From the NCBI GenBank assembly GCA_051294375.1, contig CM119267.1:12595081-12659080 (forward strand): a DNA stretch of 64,000 nt. The letters are read 5' to 3'. This document shows positions 24,761 to 38,011 of the stretch, piece by piece; the stretch's first letter is position 1; each line of letters starts with the position of its first letter. Position numbers and translations under genes: made by a program. This DNA comes from Paraspadella gotoi (lineage: Eukaryota; Animalia; Chaetognatha). The notes under the pieces are model-generated. The model had not been told where the DNA came from. It did not search any database and worked only from the letters and a program-made list of their open reading frames with translations.

Positions 24761-27106
24761 CTATTTCTCTCGTCCTTCTTTGCTTACTTTTTTTTCGCCC
24801 TGTTTATGGATCGACCCTACATCCCACCCACCTCCCTTTTGGTATTACTAATTTATACTATACTCGACAAAGTTTTTAAAATCTTTTATTTTTTAGTTTG
24901 AATAATTATGATATAAATTGTTTATAAAATTAAAAAAATTCATATTATTCCAAAATACCATGATAGAAAAAAAAAGTGTTGCGGTTTGGAAAAGCCAGTT
25001 AATTTTATGTGGTCATATATTGTGGCTAATAAATAAGTTTTAATAAGTAATATGACCTCCCTAAGACTGAATAAAATGATTATTTCTCAACAGCCTTAAA
25101 TTATTCAATGCATTCAAATACTTCCAAAAAAGGTTGTCTCTAACTGTTTTCACTTCTTTTTGATTAAGAGAACTACTCATATTATTGTTAAAATTATATC
25201 TCTGACATGATATTTTTTATCAGATTTGGGGCAAAAAATGGGCCTTAGCAAGCAGTGAAAATATTGATCCTCTATAAAGTAAACCTGGCTTGAGTTGTTG
25301 CGCATAATTCTTGTCTTTCACTTCAACAAAATCTTTTTTTTTTTTTTGACTTGTTTGATACTTGATTCTGATAATTACATCCAAAGGTAAATAAAAATGA
25401 TAACTTTGCTTACTGAAATATTACCCGGAACCTTATAACTTTTACTTTACAATTTAAAAATAATATTCTGTAACTTCTAAAGCATCAATGTATTTTTAAG
25501 ATTGCTATTTTTTTGACATATGAATTAAGATTCATCCCTGAATCTATCCTAATAGAGATAAAGCAAAAACCATTTAATAAGAGACTGAGAAAAGGCAGGG
25601 ATTTTTAATAGTATTGGTTAAACTCAAAAAGTAATAAAAAAGAACCGGAAATAAGTATAAATAAAAGTATAGATATAAAAAAGATAAAAATGAAGGAAGC
25701 ATTTTTTGGACAACGCATTTTCATTTACATGGAACTCCTGTATTTTTTGTCATACATAAATGAGACACAGCTTATATGAATCACAAAAGGCCAAAGTTTC
25801 TTGATATCTAAATTTTATTTTTCGATTCTTACATAAAAATACCGAAAAATAACTGGAAAGTAACCTCGACACTTTTTTTTCCATCATGGTATATAACTTT
25901 GTTTTGTATTTTTAAGCCATAATTCATCTTTTACTATTAAATGGTTATATCAATATATTTTTAATAAATATGTTTTAGAAACTACAATATGCAAATAAGA
26001 CTAGGTCATTTTTTGGTTGGTCAGTAGATGGACCTATTTTTCTCTGGATGTCCGAGTCACCTATTTTCACATTTTTCTGGTTAATTCTTATTATTATTAC
26101 CTTTTGTGAAAGATAATTCAAATTGATAAAATAGGCAGAGAGAAAGAGAGAGAGAGATTGAGAGAGAAAGGGAAACAGAGAGAGAGATAGTGAACTGAGA
26201 GAGAGAGAAAAGACAGAGAAAGACAGAGAAGGCAGACAGAGAGAAAGAGGGAGAGAGAGAGGTCAGATAAAAAGAGAGGGAGAGGGAGAGAGAGAGAAAA
26301 GACAGAGAGAGAGAAAAAAATGGAGAGAGAGAGAGAGTGCAGAAAATATATGTTATTTTCTATGCCTAAAGGTGTCGCGCGTTCAAGAGTACGACGAGTC
26401 TTTGCATAATAATCGTTTTATTAGTATTAATATAATCAAAAACCTTTAGAAACTTTACTTTAACGGGCAGACGCTCACTTTATTCGATCACGAGATTGAA
26501 TAACAAATTCTTATCAAGTCAGCCTACAAGTAAATAGTAACTTGAAAAGGTCAGGTTCAATCAAGGAGACAGGCAAAGCATATTCTTTTTCTTCAGACTA
26601 TGAAAATGAAAAAAACTGAAGACTATGTTGAAAAAGACAACAACAAAGTAGAAAACGACAAATAGAAGACATTGAAGAAAAGGATGACGTGTAAGAAGAT
26701 GAGATCGCAGAAGACAATGAGGAAAACGACATCGATGAAAAAGAAAATGATCACGACGACGACGATAAGGATGACAACAACGATGAAGACGATGAGAAAA
26801 AAAAAAGACAAAAACAAGACGAAGACGATTCAACGTTAAGACAATAAATATCGCCAATCTTACAAAATAAAAAAAGAATAATAATATAAAAATGAAGTAC
26901 ATGAAAACCAAATTTTGATTGTTCATAGCTATGTTTCAAACTTTGTAATCTCGGATATCTGATGAGTTTACTGGTTGGGCTTGTTTTTCAATTAAAACAT
27001 CACTGTAATCTGGGGCAAAACAAAAATACCTTTCCTTTTTAAAAGAAACCAGCGTAAACAAACTCATCAAAGTCAAAGTTATAAAAAATAGAAAATCCTA
27101 GTTCTT

Positions 27107-27909
27107 TTTTAGTCGAATCTGCTTTCAGCAGATCCCGACTCTATAATTCACTTTGTCGGTCCGTCGGTCCACCCCCTTAATATTGTCGGGCACTCATTTA
27201 TATCATGTCAGAACATCAAATTATGATAAATTATGCAAAAAAAAAAACGATGTCCGTCTGTCCGTCTGTCTGTCTGTCCATCCGTCCTTCCGTCCGTCCT
27301 TCCGTCCGTCCGTCCGTCCGTCCATCCCACCTTATCAAAAAACACTAATTACACGTGATTGGATGAATGGATTGGAATGAAATTTTGTGTGTGGGTAGGG
27401 AAGTGTGTGATTGAGCTGTATATGAAGTTTCGATGGAATCGTCCGAGTGGAAATGAGTTTAAATGGAAAAAATAAAAAAATATATTTCACTATTTGAACA
27501 CCAATTACTCATGAATGGATGGGGCGATTGACTTGAAATTTTGTATTAGGGTAGAAAAGTGTGTGATTAAACTGGAAATCAAGTTTTGGTGGAATCGTTT
27601 TAGTGGAAATGAGTTTAAATGGAAAAAAACAAAGAACCTGTTTCACTAATTGATTATGCTTCTTTTTCTTTTTATTTTAAATGTAAATGCAAGATGTAAT
27701 AAATAATCAAATAATTAATCAGTTAATTTAATCAATTAGTCAATTAATTAATCATAATTAATTAATCAGTCAATTAATCCAAAAAAGAAACATTTCAGAT
27801 CAAATTAATTAATTAATTGCCTAATTAATTACATAATTAACTAATTATTAATTAATTAATTACCGATAATGATCGTGGGCAGATCCGACATTGTTTGCTC
27901 AAACTTGTT
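27107..27909 (+). mobile_element. HINE-like element, full length
   Basis: Both subTIRs, long (GTCY)n tract, 3' end aaacttgtt. Confidence 0.8.
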
Positions 27910-28709
27910 AGGTTTGAGACTTACATTGGTAGACCTTGTTTCTCCCTTAAAACTCAAAACTCAAAACTCAAACCGTAATAGCCAAAACCTATTACTAACT
28001 AATAACTATGGTCAATTTTTAACTATGATAAACCTTAGTAAACGAATAACTACAAGAAAAAATTTTATTTCTATCCAACTTCGACTATCTCATTAATTTT
28101 CAGATCTGTTAACGCGCTGTGGAATCCGCTGCCGGTCAATCCATTTTTTGCCACGCGATTCAAGTCATAATTTTCGTGATTAATCAAATCTCCTAATCGG
28201 GAGCGCGGGCGTAGGGATTCCGCGTGATCCCGATGAAGGATTGCGTGGTTGAGCGAGAGCTGAAGAAGCAGTAGCAGCAACGGCAGAGTGATGAACTTCG
28301 AAGCAGCTTGATTCGCTCTCGAGACCGTAGTGAATAATGCTTTAAAAAGTCAGGTTAATTATAAAGATATGTATTCATACGCAGTAATTTATTTGCAGGA
28401 TAGCATGAAAAGTGGTACTTTGTCTAATGTCTGGAACAAGACAGAAAAAAGTACCACCTCCATTAAAAAAAATTATACAAACTACCATGACGCGATCCTT
28501 TCACTCCGAATAGAGACGGTGACATTCCTACTTCATTAAAGTCACGTCAAAATATCACACGAACTTTCGGCTCCTGAATTTTATAAATTTATAACCGTAA
28601 AAAAATAAATAAATGTTGAATTCAAAGCTTTTCAAAATATGACGTCTTCATAAAAAAAAGTCCCCAGAGGAATATTGACGGGTGCTTTGAAGCGAGTGAC
28701 GTGAGCTGA

Positions 28710-28807
<98 letters not shown>

Positions 28808-28975
28808 TTCTCTCAGGTTTGAAAAAGGTTGCACGAAAACGTGGGAAATGGAAGTTAAACGAAATTTGAAGAAAAATTCTAAGAAAATCGCCTTTGGCGT
28901 CGAAAATGGTAAAATCGAGAACAGTACCGAAAGGTTTGCATTAGAATTATGAAGGCATAAGTTAAGGTTAATGGT

Positions 28976-29040
<65 letters not shown>

Positions 29041-29377
29041 AAAACACGTTCTTTAATAAGAGACAAGAGAGGAAAAGACGAGGCAAAAAAGTGAGGTCGT
29101 CCTTGAAAAGAATTCCTTGAAAAGAGGGAAAAAATGAAAAATTCTATCGCCACGTGAAAGGGCGAGAAAGAGAGACAGGGAAAAAAGAGTTCAAAAAGAT
29201 AGAGAGAGAGTGAAAGAGAGAGCGAGAGGAAGAGAAAAGGAAAAAAACTTGAGATTAACATGTTTATTACCAGAGGATAGCGAACTCGCTTAACTATAAG
29301 TTTCGCATGTTTTTAAAAGGTAATGAGACGTGGGTAACTGGGTATTGTGCGTTGATCACTGCGAAACTGTGGCCTCT

Positions 29378-29434
<57 letters not shown>

Positions 29435-29612
29435 CTGTCCCAATCTGTCCCACTCTTTCCGCTTTCTCTTCCTGGTCATCTCAGTTCTCAGTAATGCCCC
29501 ATTATCCTGACCAACTCTATTACCCATTTATCTTTTCTTTTCAAGTTCGCTTTTTTCCTTCGTTCTCTCTCTCTCCCTATCTCTCGCTCTCTCTCTCCCT
29601 TTCTCTTTTCTC

Positions 29613-29658
<46 letters not shown>

Positions 29659-29842
29659 TCTTCCCTCCTTTTCATCATGTTTTTTTTCACCTTCCTCTTT
29701 TTTTTTTTTTCGTTTTTAACACAAAAAAAGAATAATTTTCTTTTTCCCACAACGCATTAGGCTTGACTAACAATGTTTTTTCGTTCTTCAAATTCACTTT
29801 ACATGCATAGAAAGTATCAATCGTTTGTGATGATCGAACCCT

Positions 29843-30445
29843 TACCTTTATTTTCTCGTATTTTTGTCTTTTACATTGGTGAGTCCGACGTGATCCAATA
29901 GAGAAGACGAAAATACGAGAAAATAAAGGTAGGGAAAAAGGTGGAGGATTGTGACGATGTAAGAGAAGTAGAAAAGAAGTGAGACGAGCTCTCTCCTGAT
30001 CCACTTTTATCATCGCCCAGACCAACTTGACCTTACGGTCTCCTCGGTCCTATTGCTGTGTCTAGTCAATCTAAGCTAGGGCAAAGTGACCGTGTGGAGA
30101 GACCTGCACGGAGAAAGAGGAGAGAGGAAGGGTTAAGAGAAATTGAGACTATGGTGTAAGTCGCCTCATCCCCCCTCAAGTTCGACCTTAGGGGTTCGAA
30201 CTGACCCTATTTACAGTTGAGTGACTTGTACTACTAGTTAAAGAACAAAGTACTTACAATATTGTTTCTCCTTGGAGGAATATTTGACCAAACAAATCAT
30301 TTCCCTATTCCGTACTTCTTATTTTTAAAATTTCTTCCCAAAATTATTTTTTAGAGAAGAAATATATGTAAATAGTTATTGTAGAAGACAAACCCCTTTT
30401 TAGTGGGTCCCCTCAATTGTTTCTCCTAGACCTTATTGTTTGTAT
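29843..30445 (-). mobile_element. Second copy of the Gypsy 3' UTR/PPT/LTR, plus an opposed LTR end with PBS
   Basis: LTR 30168-29899 is homologous to 7931-8209; PPT 30169-30177; a + strand LTR end at 29843-29875 is followed by the 18-nt PBS TGGTGAGTCCGACGTGAT. Confidence 0.8.
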
Positions 30446-31843
30446 GAGAAAAAAAAACCTATATCAGAAACAGAAAACAGTGATTATTTTAGTGTATTAT
30501 AAAAAGATAATCAATAACTTTTTGCCTATAAAATCTGATTGTAAATACTATTCTAAGTTTTTATTCACTACCCTGTAAAAAATTATTTTTTTCTAGTAAG
30601 TATCCCTATCAGAACTTACGATTCTATCCTTAAGAAATAAAATGGAAAAAAAATCAAACATAACCTTAGTCCCCCCAAAAAATTACCCATTCCACCCCTT
30701 TCTGTTTAGTCTTTTAGATATTATGAGATTCTCAATAATGATTTTCTTACAGAAATGATGTGTGATATCTAATCAAAAAACCAGGGCAGGAAGTAATGTA
30801 GTAGTGTAGTGTGTAGTAGTGTTGTATAGATGCTCCCTCTCTTTCCAGATGACAACACTAACAACCCTCTCCCATTAATAAAATAATATTTTCAGATTTA
30901 GATTATCAAAATTAATATAAAATAATAATAAAAATAAAAATTATAGAACTTATAATATATATTTTTAATAAATATTATAAAATCTAATTTTGGAATTTTC
31001 ATAATGATATTACTACAAGTTTATTGTAATTTCTGTTAAGATCCCTTTAGAATAAGAGCAAAATATTTTTTGTTCTTCATAATTATATCACTTCACATGT
31101 AAATATCATTGTAAGATATTTATAATTAAAATTTTATTCTCGAGAGCTCCACTATACTCTCCATCCCTTCCCATTTTACCTTCCCATGAACAATCACATT
31201 AGACATCTGGCTTAGCTTCACCTCGCTTCGCGTCTATTTTTAGCTCACCTGAAACTCAAATGCACTGTACCTCTTTTTTTCAAAGGCATTCAGGATAGAC
31301 CCCCCTTACCGCCAGAACCTTTCTCTCTCCCGGGTCTTCTCTTCCTCCTCTCAACGCCTCCTCCTCCTCCTCCCTTCGTCGTCCCCTCCTCCTCATCCCC
31401 GAGTCACGGATCAGGGTCTTGGAGATAGGCATAACAACTCCTCTCCTCACGATCTCGGGGTCCTCAAATCTTCCTTCTCCCCTCTCCCCCTTTTGTGTGT
31501 GTGGATAAGGCGCTAAGTGGGCTGAAGATGACTATCCGTCACTTCTATAACCACCTCTAGGGTAGGTACCGGGTTGGGACTTACCGTTTTTTTTTAAATA
31601 AAAATTATTTTAGACATGAAACGAAAAATTCGTTAGAACAGCAATTTTTAGTTTTTATTATTGTACATGTTTCGACAAACAACAAAAAGAAAGTCAAAAT
31701 ACAATACAATAAAAATTATTATAAATTAAAATGAAGTTTTATAAAAGTGTGCAATCATAGTAAGTTAAAAATTTAGGTATGGCTTCTCATCTTGAAATAG
31801 CTCTGAAATATTCATATTACATTTGGATTCAAGTATTTTTTTG

Positions 31844-33111
31844 TTACCTCGCCAAGGAATCTTGGCGAGATAATGCAAAGTAGTCGTCATTGTCGTCGTT
31901 GTCGTCGGTGTCGTCGTCGTCGCCGTCGTCACGCTGTTTTTATCAGCAGATCCCGACTCTATAATTCACTTTGTCCGTCGGTCCGCCCCCTCAATATTGT
32001 CGGGCAATAACTTATATCATGTCAGAACATCGAATTATGATAAATTATGCAAAAAAAATGATGTCCGTTCGTCCGTCTGTCCGTCCGTCCGTCCATCCGT
32101 CCGTCCATCCGTCCGTCCGTCCGCCCCACCTTAGCAAAAAACTCCAATTACTCGTGATTAGAAGGATGGATTTGAATAAAATTTTGTGTGTGGATAGCTA
32201 AGTGTGTGATTGAGCTGGATATGAAGTTTCGATGGAATCGTCCGAGTGGAAATGAGTTTAAATGGGAAAAAAAATATATATTCACTATTTGAACACCAAT
32301 TACTCATGATTAGATGGGCTGATTGACCTGGAATTTTGTATGTGGGTAGAAAAGTGTGTGATTGAACAGGAAATCAAGTTTCGATGGAATAGTATGAGTG
32401 GAAATGAGTTTAAATGGAAAAAACAAAAAACCTGTTTTACTAATTGATTATGCTTCTTTTTCCTTTTATATAAATGTATAAGCAGGATGTATTAATAAAT
32501 CAAATAATTAATCAGTTAATTAATCAATTAGTAAATAAATTAATCAATAATTAATTAATTAGTCATCAATCAATCATCCATCCGTCCCACCTTAGCAAAA
32601 AGCTCCAATAACTCGTGATTGGCTGGTTGGATTAGAATTAAATTTTGTGTGTGGGTAGGAAAGCGTGTGATAAAGCTGGATATAAAGTTTCGATGGAATC
32701 GTGTGAGTGGAAATGAGTTCAAATGGAAAAAACATAAGTCGCATTTACTAAAATCTTTTTACTTATTTTAACCAATAAATACTCTAATTAATCATAATTG
32801 GATGGATAGATTGAGTTGAAATTTTGTGTGTGGGTAGGAAAATGTGTGACGAAGCTTGAAATAAAGTTTCGGTGGAAACGTACCAGTGGAAATGAGTTTA
32901 AAATGAAAAAAAATATGAGTCACATTTACTTGAATCTTTTATTTAATTTAACCCATGATAGATTGAGATGAAATTTTGTGAGCCGGTAGGAAAGTGAGTG
33001 AAGAAGCTACATATAAAGTTTTGACGGAATGCAAGTTGAAAAAATGATGCAAGTTGAAAAAATGATGCAAGTTAAAAAAATCTTAAAAACATAAGGATCG
33101 TCGCAATTGCA

Positions 33112-33209
<98 letters not shown>

Positions 33210-33493
33210 TGAGAGAGAGAGAGAGAGTGAGAGAGAGAGAGAGAGAGTGAGAGAGGGAGAGAGAGAGAGAGAGAGTGAGAGAGGGAGACATAAATAAAAT
33301 AGAGGATATTTGTTTGTTTTGATAAAATGTAAACAAAACATTTAATAACTGTCCTGACTCAATTTTAAGGACATCGATGATGACAAGCTGAACATAAATT
33401 ATAATTAATTATTAAAATTAATTAATTAATTAATCGATTAATTAATTAATTAATTATCGTAGGCAGATCCGACATTGTTTGCTCAAACTTGTT
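31844..33493 (+). mobile_element. HINE-like element with a foreign 5' end
   Basis: Family body from ~31937 to the canonical 3' end; preceded by a different palindrome ttacctcgccaag/cttggcgagataa and (GTC)n. Confidence 0.7.
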
Positions 33494-34009
33494 TTTAAAA
33501 ACTACTACGCTTTTATAGTTTTGGCTGGGACTTACAGTTTTTTTTTAAATAAAAAAAACTATGAATTACGATGAATTTTATAAAAATGTGCGATCATAGT
33601 AAGTTAAAAATTTAGATATGGCTTCTCATTTTGAAATAGCTTTGAAATTTTTATATTACATTTGGATTTAAGTATTGTTTGGATTTCCACTTCATTATGA
33701 TTTACTGCATTATGCAAATGAAATTATAGTACTCATTATAATATCCAAATTAGTATATAGAAATGCTTTAATCTAATTTACATATTGCAGTAAATAATAT
33801 TGAAGATGAAATTCATAAACAAATCTTTGAATCAATAAAAAACATGTGAAATCAAAAGACCTTTTTAATGAGAAGCTATATCTTAATTTTAAATAAAAAT
33901 AAAATCTTTTACAAGCTATGATTGGAAAAAATTTGAAAAATTTCTAATTGTAAACAATTGTAACTTTTTTCCTTTCTTTTATTTTTTAAATTATATATAG
34001 ATTTTTCTT

Positions 34010-34213
34010 CTTATTTTTGTCAGTTGCTGCCTTATCTGAACCCTTTAAAAACGAGTTCAGGCTCTGCATTGACTGCACAGCTGCCTTCCATTTTCTCCTT
34101 TTAAAAACTTTTAATATCGCCATTTATTCCGCGCTTTTTTCTCAATGCAAAAGCCCAAATTTATATCCGAGATTTTCGTAGATTTATTCTCTTTCTTCCT
34201 CTCTCTCTTTCTT

Positions 34214-34247
<34 letters not shown>

Positions 34248-34562
34248 ACTCATACACGCATTTGTTTGTTTTTTTTATGATGAATGATTCATTGCGTCAA
34301 TGAATGACTATCATCGCATCAATGAATGACTATTATCGTATTAATGAATGATTATCATCACATAAATTAATGACTATCATCGCATCAACCATTTGGTTAT
34401 TATCACATCAATCATTTGGTTATCATCACATCGATCATTTGGTTATCATCGCATCAATTATTGGTTATCATCGCATCAATTATTGGTTATCATCGCATCA
34501 ATATTTGGTTATCATCGCATCAATCATTTGGTTATCATCGCATCAATATTTGGTTATCATTG
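34010..34562 (+). repeat. Unclassified interspersed repeat with ~22-bp tandem array (inverted relatives at 58920-59335, 49520-49655, 48125-48180)
   Basis: atcatcgcatcaatcatttggtt array plus a shared unique flank (gctgcc..tctgaaccctttaaaaacgagtt). Confidence 0.75.
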
Positions 34563-35979
34563 AGATTTTTTTTCTATCTTTCCTCGCACAAAAAAAAACA
34601 AACTTTCAACTCTACCAAAAATTTTTATTCATCGCACAAAAAAGTTTACAAATTTTTATTTCCACAATTCAACAAGACAAAAAAAGAACCTCGTGCATAC
34701 CTTCAGAGGCAGAGGTTACCTTTTTCTATTCTGTCAGTATTCATCCTCATCCAGCTTCAGGATACATTTTTTATTTACCTTCCTTTCATGTATACCTACT
34801 TTTTTTCCACCCATCTATTTTCACCTCAAACCTAATCACCTTACCTACATCCTCCTTACCCACTCCCCCTCGTCCTTTGAGATTACCCCCCCCTGCCTCC
34901 TTCTTTCCAAGTCTCATTCGTCTTGAGGCCTCGTCCATCATCTCATCTTCGTCCTCAAATCCTTTTTCTCTCATCTTTTTCCCATCTCCTTTTATCTTTG
35001 CTTAATTATCCGAGTCCCATTTGCAGTCACGTTTTTTCTTTTTTTTCACCGAGGATTTCCGTCCCACAAAAAATTGCCGTTGAATCTAGTATATATTGAA
35101 ATATATAAAATATAAAATATTTCAAAAGGCATCTCGCTCCCCTAAAAAGGACAATCTTTTTAATTACGTTCAAGTCACGGACGTTTAGAATCTAAATATG
35201 ATTGTAAAATTTTATCTTTGTTTCCATCTTAAAATTTATTTTGACACTTATTTTTAAACTTTAAAACCAGGAGCTGAAACGTCGATCGAAATAATCTAAA
35301 AATGCCCAGGTTATTTAAAAAAATGGGCGCTAATTTTTGCTGAATTGAAAAGTTAACTTACATTCATTATGTGATAGTAGGCAAACAAGAAGAGAGTAGC
35401 AATAGCAACGAAAGAGGTCGTAAACCTGGAAAACCGAATTTCTATCACACGTTTTTTATACCTCTCGGCTTCTTTCATCCATGAACTCTCATCCTCAATC
35501 TTCTATATTCACTTCCATCAAAAAGAAACAAGTGAAGAGACAGTAATTATTATTATATGTTAGTGACAGAACCGTTAAATATAAGCAGTCCCTGAGCTTC
35601 GGATCATGCTGTAACACCATGTTACAGGCGGGTGAAGCGCCCCGTCCCTCTTAACTGCTAGGCGGCCACCGGGCTAGAACCCCGGACCTTTGGGTTGGGA
35701 GGCGAATGACTTGCCTCCGGCACCAATGGCCGTCTCTTCAGTGAATTGTTGTTGGTGGAAAGTGCGTCACCAAGTTGAGGCATGTCGCCTGATGAGTTGT
35801 TGGCGGAAAGTGCATCACCAGGTTGAGGCCTGTCGCCTGAAAGTGTTGTTGCTGTTGTGTTCGGAAGTCGGGCTCACCAATGAAGAGACAGTTATTATTA
35901 TTATATGTTAGTGAGAGAACCGTTCAATATAAGCAGTCCCTGAGCTTTGGATCAGGCTGTAACACCAAGTTACAGGCGG

Positions 35980-37526
35980 TGTATTGAACTAAGTTCGTAG
36001 AGGTGGCTGTCGTTGACGACTAACTTCCTGAGCTGATTCTGCTCTATCAAAACGAGAGGAATTCGAGTATGATGGCGCGAAATTGACGATGGCGCCGGTC
36101 GCGATGTTCAAAGATATGACGACAAAGTCGAAGCCCAGGACTTGACGAATCAAGTATCTTTAGCAGTCTAAGATAGAGTTAGAAGTCCTGGGCAAGGAAT
36201 AACATAACATTTAATACACACTCAGCAAATATATATAAAGTTGAAAGAATCTTTCTTACTTGTTTCTGAAGCCAAATTTGTAGAAAAAGGTTGCCTCTAT
36301 CACAAGGAAAGTCCACCAATCCAGCGATCACAAAGGTTTCTTTAAAAAGAAGTTTCCGAGATATCTTATTTTAGCGAATTATTATCTTTTGAAAAAGTAG
36401 TGAAAACGCATTGCAAGATCTGAAAAGTCACACGTCGATAGAAATCGTGCCTCGAATCTATCGAAATCGCGGGAACCAATCAGAATCAGCCATGCGTTGC
36501 TCTCGGAGAACTGTACTTAGTATAGTATATATTAGGACTAAGCTCTGACGAACAAAGCCTGAGGTTTTTTAATATATTCTTATACCGGCCAAGGCCAATT
36601 GGACCTCATTTGTTGAACAGGAACATACCTCAGTCACGTTTATATCGTTTTCAAGGAAAAAAATCCCTTTCATTTCTATATAAATAGGACTAAGCTCTGA
36701 CGAACAAAGCCCAAGGTTTTTTTAATATATTCTTATACCGGCCAAGGTAGAATGATGGCAATATTGTTAATATTAAGTTTCAAAAAAATCCGACTATAAA
36801 TATAGAAAATATTAACCAAAATCTTCGGAAAATTCACCCCTTCTTTGGAAGATTTTCGCCATAGAAGATTTTTCCCGAATCTGACTCTATAAATTATATC
36901 TATAAATAAAATTTTCACTAAAATGGACTAATTCACTTTACCATGATCGTATCATATCAAAATAACCTAATAAAATGTAAAGAAAAATTTTGAGAGCCCT
37001 TCAGACACTTTGCTAAAGGATTTCAAAATTGGACCTCATTTGTTGAACAGGAACATACCTCAGTCACGTTTATATCGTTTTCAAGGAAAAAAATCCCTTT
37101 CATTTCTATATAAAATCAGAGATGGAAAATTTTTCTGTCCAGAAGCAGTCTATTTGTTCTGGATTGTTTGATATCAAGATGTTGATGATTTGACAAGAGA
37201 AAAAAAATGCAAGCCCTTCAGATGCAACAGGATCGGAATCAAGTGTTTTTACATCGATATTTTACCAGAATTTTTACCAGGAGCGTTTATATTGTTTGGT
37301 AGTCAGATTTGAACGAAAATCTCCATTGAAAAAGTCTTCCTCGATCTCTAAAAACGACGTAGACTCCTATATATATACTATAATACAAGATCGAAACCAG
37401 AGATGTCGCTGTGATCGCTGAAGAAACGGAAAATCCTTGCGTTAGTAAGAGAGAATAAAAGATTATCGGGGAGAAAGTAGAGAAGCTTGGTTTTCTTCAA
37501 AATATAATGATTATTATTTCGTAACA
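35980..37526. mobile_element. 1547-bp insertion, probable solo LTR
   Basis: TGT...ACA ends; 5-bp TSD GGCGG (35975-35979, 37527-37531) splitting a TRIM LTR; internal direct repeats; TATA-like ~37368 and AATAAA ~37454. Confidence 0.75.
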
Positions 37527-37561
37527 GGCGGGTTAAGCGCCCCGTCCCTCTTTACTGCTAG

Positions 37562-37633
37562 GCGGCCACCGGGCTAGAACCCCGGACTTTTGGGTTGGGA
37601 GGCGAATGACTTGCCTCCGGCAGCAATGGCCGC
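37562..37633 (-). other. tRNA-like module in TRIM LTR (not a functional tRNA)
   Basis: 72 nt closed by a 7-bp stem GCGGCCA/TGGCCGC; A-box-like TGGTGCCGGAGG (family consensus); B-box-like GGTTCTAGCCC in a CCGGG/CCCGG stem. The anticodon arm does not pair. Confidence 0.75.
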
Positions 37634-37968
37634 TGATGAACGGTTGGTGGATTTTAGTCCACCATACCAGGTGCCCTGCCCGGTTGAACGTAGTGAAAGT
37701 TACGTACGAAAATTCTAAAAGTTAATTGTGAACAACATACCATCAGTGAACATTAATTTATAAAAAATATTAACTTTCTGTGTTTTAATTTTCGCAGTAG
37801 GCTAAATTTATATATAGTACTATCCTTAAAAAATCGAATAATTTAAAAATAGGCTTTTCTTAATTTTGATTGCAGATTAGAATTCCTCGTCAAAAGTTGA
37901 TAAAAGAAAATTTAAGTCATTTTTAGAGGCAATTTGGTTTCATGTTTACAACGATTTTTATTTCAGAG

Positions 37969-38011
37969 AAACGTACATGTTTCGGCTTGAATTCAAGCCT
38001 TCTTCAGCGTC
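37969..38011 (-). ncRNA. Minimal type I hammerhead ribozyme (Penelope-like pLTR)
   Basis: Minus strand gacg-CTGAAGA-A-ggcttg(aatt)caagcc-GAAA-catg-TA/cgtt, followed by AATAAA...TCGTTG as in the other copies. Confidence 0.8.

Larger units (their letters stand above)
35533..37666 (-). mobile_element. Two-LTR copy of tRNA-bearing TRIM (Helenus-like), interrupted by a 1.55-kb solo LTR
   Basis: 5' LTR 37666-37527 + 35979-35881; PBS TGGTGAGCCCGAC directly after the LTR end TTCA-T; internal region; 3' LTR ends at 35533. Flanks CAAG/CCAG form a near-perfect 4-bp TSD. U3 and PPT of the 3' LTR are deleted at 35732. Confidence 0.85.

Noticed and set aside
28100-28540. Exon-short intron-exon-like segment
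   Set aside because: Splice-like signals are present, but all frames contain stops and I recognise no protein.
35972-37531. hAT element with 8-bp TSD ACAGGCGG
   Set aside because: No TIRs under that reading; TGT...ACA ends with a 5-bp TSD fit a solo LTR better.
37633-37670. Hammerhead from CTGATGA plus a hairpin in the TRIM LTR
   Set aside because: No GAAA follows the hairpin in any copy; the same applies to ctgacga at 36545/36698.
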